A stretch of DNA of 64,000 nucleotides, taken from Alphaproteobacteria bacterium (GTDB taxonomy: Bacteria; Pseudomonadota; Alphaproteobacteria; UBA828). Location: positions 832,001 through 896,000 of the forward strand of contig CBDCRW010000004.1 of NCBI GenBank assembly GCA_965221125.1, given 5' to 3'. The notes below the pieces were generated by a model. That model made no database searches and was not told where the DNA came from. It saw only the letters and a program-made list of their open reading frames with translations. A program made the position numbers and the translations under genes. Below are positions 61,089-64,000 of this stretch, piece by piece (the first letter of the stretch is position 1; each line of letters begins with the position of its first letter).

Positions 61089-61724
61089 CTACGAACTCTC
61101 CGGCGGCGGGTCCGGCCCCGCCCGTTGTTGGAACTGCGGTTTGCGATTCCCCACGTCGATGCCGTGGGGTTGGAAGCCCAGAGGCGCGGGTAGCGTCCGG
61201 AGCTGCCCGGCGACCAGGCCGCGCAGTTCCATCAACGCGCTGTCGCTCTTCAGACGCTCGCGCACCGCGCTCATGGTGGGCGCGCAGCCCGCGAGCAGGT
61301 CGGGGATCAGGCCGATGACGCGCACAAGCGCGTCGTGCACAAGCTTCAGCCTGCGGCGGATCCAACGCACGGCGCCGGGAAGCTCGATGGCGTCCTCGTC
61401 CTCGGGGCAGCGCACCTCGTCCGCTGCCTCCTCCAGGCTGCCGGCCTCCTCCGCCACGACAACAACCGCTTCCAGCGCATCGAGCGTGCCCGGCAGCCGC
61501 GCCGCCAGACAGTCGGCCAGCAGGCCGATGGTCGTATGGCTCTCACGGCAATACCAGCGAGGAACCCTTGCGCCGGGCGGGGTCTTCCGCTCGTAGGTGC
61601 CGTGGCTTGCCACAGAACATCCGCCGTGCGGGTGATTCGGGCAGCGCTCAAGCCTTGCGTCGCGCCACGCCTCGGTCTTAACGTATTCCTCGCTGGTGAG
61701 CCCCGTTTCGTAGCGAAGCTGCAC
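61089..61724 (-). CDS. Cys/His-rich transposon helper protein (DUF6431-like)
   Basis: CPNHPHGGC..HGTYER..RWYCRESHTTIGLL.DC; first gene of the transposon operon. Confidence 0.6.
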   Translation of the reverse strand: MQLRYETGLTSEEYVKTEAWRDARLERCPNHPHGGCSVASHGTYERKTPPGARVPRWYCRESHTTIGLLADCLAARLPGTLDALEAVVVVAEEAGSLEEAADEVRCPEDEDAIELPGAVRWIRRRLKLVHDALVRVIGLIPDLLAGCAPTMSAVRERLKSDSALMELRGLVAGQLRTLPAPLGFQPHGIDVGNRKPQFQQRAGPDPPPESS

Positions 61725-61813
61725 CGGCCCTGGCCCGGCGGGAGTTCCGTCCCCCGGGCCTCTCTTTGTCGTTCAGTGAGAGGCCAAGATTACGGACGCT
61801 CCCCGCCGCCGCC

Positions 61814-61947
61814 AAGCTGTGGAGCCGTGGACGCGTCCTGCGGACCGATCGGCGTCCTGCGGACCGTGTGGACAGCCCGTGGACAAGCTGGCGCTTGCCC
61901 ACCGCCTGACCACACTCGCCGATCTCGCGCCCACCGCTCCACAGCTT
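61814..61947. other. Long nested hairpin in the transposon leader
   Basis: AAGCTGTGGAGCCGTGGACGCG / CGCGCCCACCGCTCCACAGCTT outer arms; inner GTGTGGACAGCCCGTGGACAAGC / GCTTGCCCACCGCCTGACCACAC. Confidence 0.7.
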
Positions 61948-62093
61948 CAACAGCAATGAGGATTCTGCTGAGGATCAAAAAAATGCCGCAGGCAGCGTCC
62001 TTCCCGCACTCGGCCACCATCCCGGGAAATCCACCAACCAATCAAAGTGAGAAAAAAACCCGTGCTTCTATCCGGCTAGACCGGAAAACAACA

Positions 62094-62604
62094 ACTGGCG
62101 TGGCAAGGACCCACAGACGCGTGTCCATTCCTATCGAGTGTTCGCGGACATCGACGTACGAGTAACCCAGCCCATGGACGTGTGTGATGGCTGAAACATC
62201 GTAGTGAACATCGGCGAGACCGGCGATGCGCCAGCGACGCCGGAAGTTGAAGCAACTCACGAGATGCGCGCCGTCTACGGTGGCTGTTCCAACAGCTTCC
62301 ACATTGTCGTAGCCGTGAACGTACCGCAGGTGCGCCAAGTCTACCGAGTTCTCCGTCGTCTCCTGAGGATGGCCGGCGAATCGGAAGGTCCGAGTTTCCA
62401 TGCCGCTCCACTCGCCTCCGCCCTCCGGCCCTTTCGGAAGGTCCCATTGCGGCGGGCGTCCATCGATGCCCCACCAGGCGAAAACCAGGCCGGCAATCTC
62501 CCGTGTCTCGAAGACGTTCAGCCTTGTGGACTTGGGCGGCTCAGCAAAGGGAGTCGCGACACAAGCACCGGCGGCATTGTAGGCGAAGCCGTGAAAGGGA
62601 CAGA
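62094..62604 (-). pseudogene. Rieske oxygenase (KshA/Neverland-type), middle fragment
   Basis: CPFHGFAYNAAGACVATP (Rieske CxxH), GLVFAWW, ENSVDLAHLRYVHG (mononuclear Fe site), LWVLATP; 5' part cut off by IS256. Confidence 0.88.
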
Positions 62605-64000
62605 GGTTGTGTCCCCAGACGTGGTGTAGGAGCTCCCGCTACCCCCGGTAGCTGTGGGTAACCGGCTTGGCGCCGCGACCGCCCTCGAGTCTGGTGGCGC
62701 CAAGCCGGTTATCCACAGCGGGGTGGCCATCGCGGTTCCGGTTTAGGGTTTGGGTGAATCCGAATCGACCCGAGCCTAAGGAGAACCACGATGACCGATG
62801 ACAAGCTTACCCTGCGGACGCTGTTGGAGAAGAGCTCTGACGCCGATCTGCTGCGTGAGATGATCGCCTTCTCTGCGCAGCGCCTTATGGAGCTGGAAGT
62901 CGAGGGCCTGACCGGCGCCGAGCATGGCGCGCGGACGCCGGAGCGGATCAACCAGCGCAACGGCTACCGCGATCGGCCTTGGGAGACCCGGGCCGGCACG
63001 GTCGACCTGAAGATTCCGAAGCTCAGGAAGGGGAGCTACTTCCCCGGCTTCCTGGAGCCCCGACGGACGGCGGAGAAGGCGCTCACGGCGGTGATCCAGG
63101 AGGCCTACATCCAGGGGGTATCGACCCGCTCGGTCGACGAACTGGTTCAGGCCATGGGCATGAGCGGGATATCGAAGAGCCAGGTCTCGCGCCTTTGCGG
63201 GGAGATAGACGACAAGATCCGCAGCTTCCTCGACCGCCCGCTCGAAGGCGACTGGCCCTATCTCTGGCTGGATGCGACTTACGTGAAGGTGCGCGAGGCC
63301 GGGCGCATCGTCCCGGTCGCGGTCACCGTGGCCGTCGCGGTCAACGACCAGGGCCGGCGCGAGATCCTCGGCATGGCGATCGGCGCCTCCGAGGCCGAGA
63401 CCTTCTGGACCGAGTTCCTGCGCTCGCTGACCAGGCGCGGCCTGCGCGGCGTGCAGCTGGTGATCTCCGACGACCACAAGGGCCTGAAGGCCGCCACCAC
63501 CCGGATCCTCGGCGCCACCTGGCAGAGATGCCGCGTCCACTTCATGCGCAACCTGCTGGCCCATGCCGGCAAGCAGGGCCGGCGCGTCGTCTCCGCCTTC
63601 GTCGCCACCGCCTTCGCCCAGGACGATGCCGAGGCCGCTGCCGCCCAGTGGCGCCTGATCGCCGACCAGCTCAGGCCCAAGGCCTCCAAGCTGGCGGCCC
63701 TCATGGACGAGGCCCAGCACGACGTCCTCGCCTACATGAGCTTCCCCAAGGAGCACCGGGTCAAGCTTCACTCGACCAACCCGCTCGAACGCGTCAACGG
63801 CGAGATCAAGCGACGCACCAACGTCGTCGGCATCTTCCCCAACGAGGACGCCATCACCCGCCTCGTCGGCGCCGTGCTGCTCGAGCAGAACGACGAATGG
63901 ACCGTCGGAAGGAGGTACATGACGCTGGAATCGATCGCTCCCCTGAGCGACAATCCCACGATCAAGCTGTCCGCTGTGGCAGCCTGAATAACCCGGCCCT
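62605..64000 (+). mobile_element. IS256-family insertion sequence (right end beyond window)
   Basis: Probable left IR GGTTGTGTCCCCAGACGTGGTGTA begins exactly where Rieske homology stops; transposase 62791-63987. Confidence 0.85.
62791..63987 (+). CDS. IS256-family (mutator-type) transposase
   Basis: [58 protein letters not shown]. Confidence 0.96.
   Translation: MTDDKLTLRTLLEKSSDADLLREMIAFSAQRLMELEVEGLTGAEHGARTPERINQRNGYRDRPWETRAGTVDLKIPKLRKGSYFPGFLEPRRTAEKALTAVIQEAYIQGVSTRSVDELVQAMGMSGISKSQVSRLCGEIDDKIRSFLDRPLEGDWPYLWLDATYVKVREAGRIVPVAVTVAVAVNDQGRREILGMAIGASEAETFWTEFLRSLTRRGLRGVQLVISDDHKGLKAATTRILGATWQRCRVHFMRNLLAHAGKQGRRVVSAFVATAFAQDDAEAAAAQWRLIADQLRPKASKLAALMDEAQHDVLAYMSFPKEHRVKLHSTNPLERVNGEIKRRTNVVGIFPNEDAITRLVGAVLLEQNDEWTVGRRYMTLESIAPLSDNPTIKLSAVAA

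Larger units (their letters stand above)
57473..62093 (-). mobile_element. 4,621-bp four-gene Mu/Tn7-type DDE transposon
   Basis: Ends TGTTGTTT (57473) and AAACAACA (62093); direct repeat ACTGG at 57468-57472 and 62094-62098; excision restores the Rieske reading frame (..LATP|VDG..). Confidence 0.92.

Overview
High-GC bacterial chromosome segment, alphaproteobacterial by gene order (metK-trmB-rimP-nusA-ylxR-infB-rbfA-truB-rpsO-pnp, 5-16.4 kb, minus strand). About 35 kb of scattered catabolic and transport genes follow: amidohydrolases, molybdo-hydroxylase subunits, SDRs, crotonases, a CoA-transferase, prpB, an LLM oxygenase, Liv-type ABC, MttB, MetE-like and NnrS. They are interspersed with at least five families of palindromic repeats/MITEs, several gene remnants, a low-GC nuclease gene with a SeqA-like C-terminus, and an orphan cI/cro-like switch. 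The last 12 kb is an accessory island. It holds an MMPL + outer-membrane barrel + LolA-like trio and a convergent KshA/Neverland-type Rieske oxygenase gene broken twice. One break is an IS256 element. The other is a precisely delimitable 4,621-bp TG...CA transposon (57473-62093, 5-bp target duplication ACTGG) encoding a Cys/His-rich helper, a Mu/Tn7-type DDE transposase, an ExeA-type AAA+ ATPase and an unexpected RepA-like (AAA_25) helicase-wHTH with GGAACC iteron-like repeats. This transposon is the best candidate for a poorly described system. No rRNA, tRNA or CRISPR array was seen. All family calls are by eye from motifs; no database searches were run.
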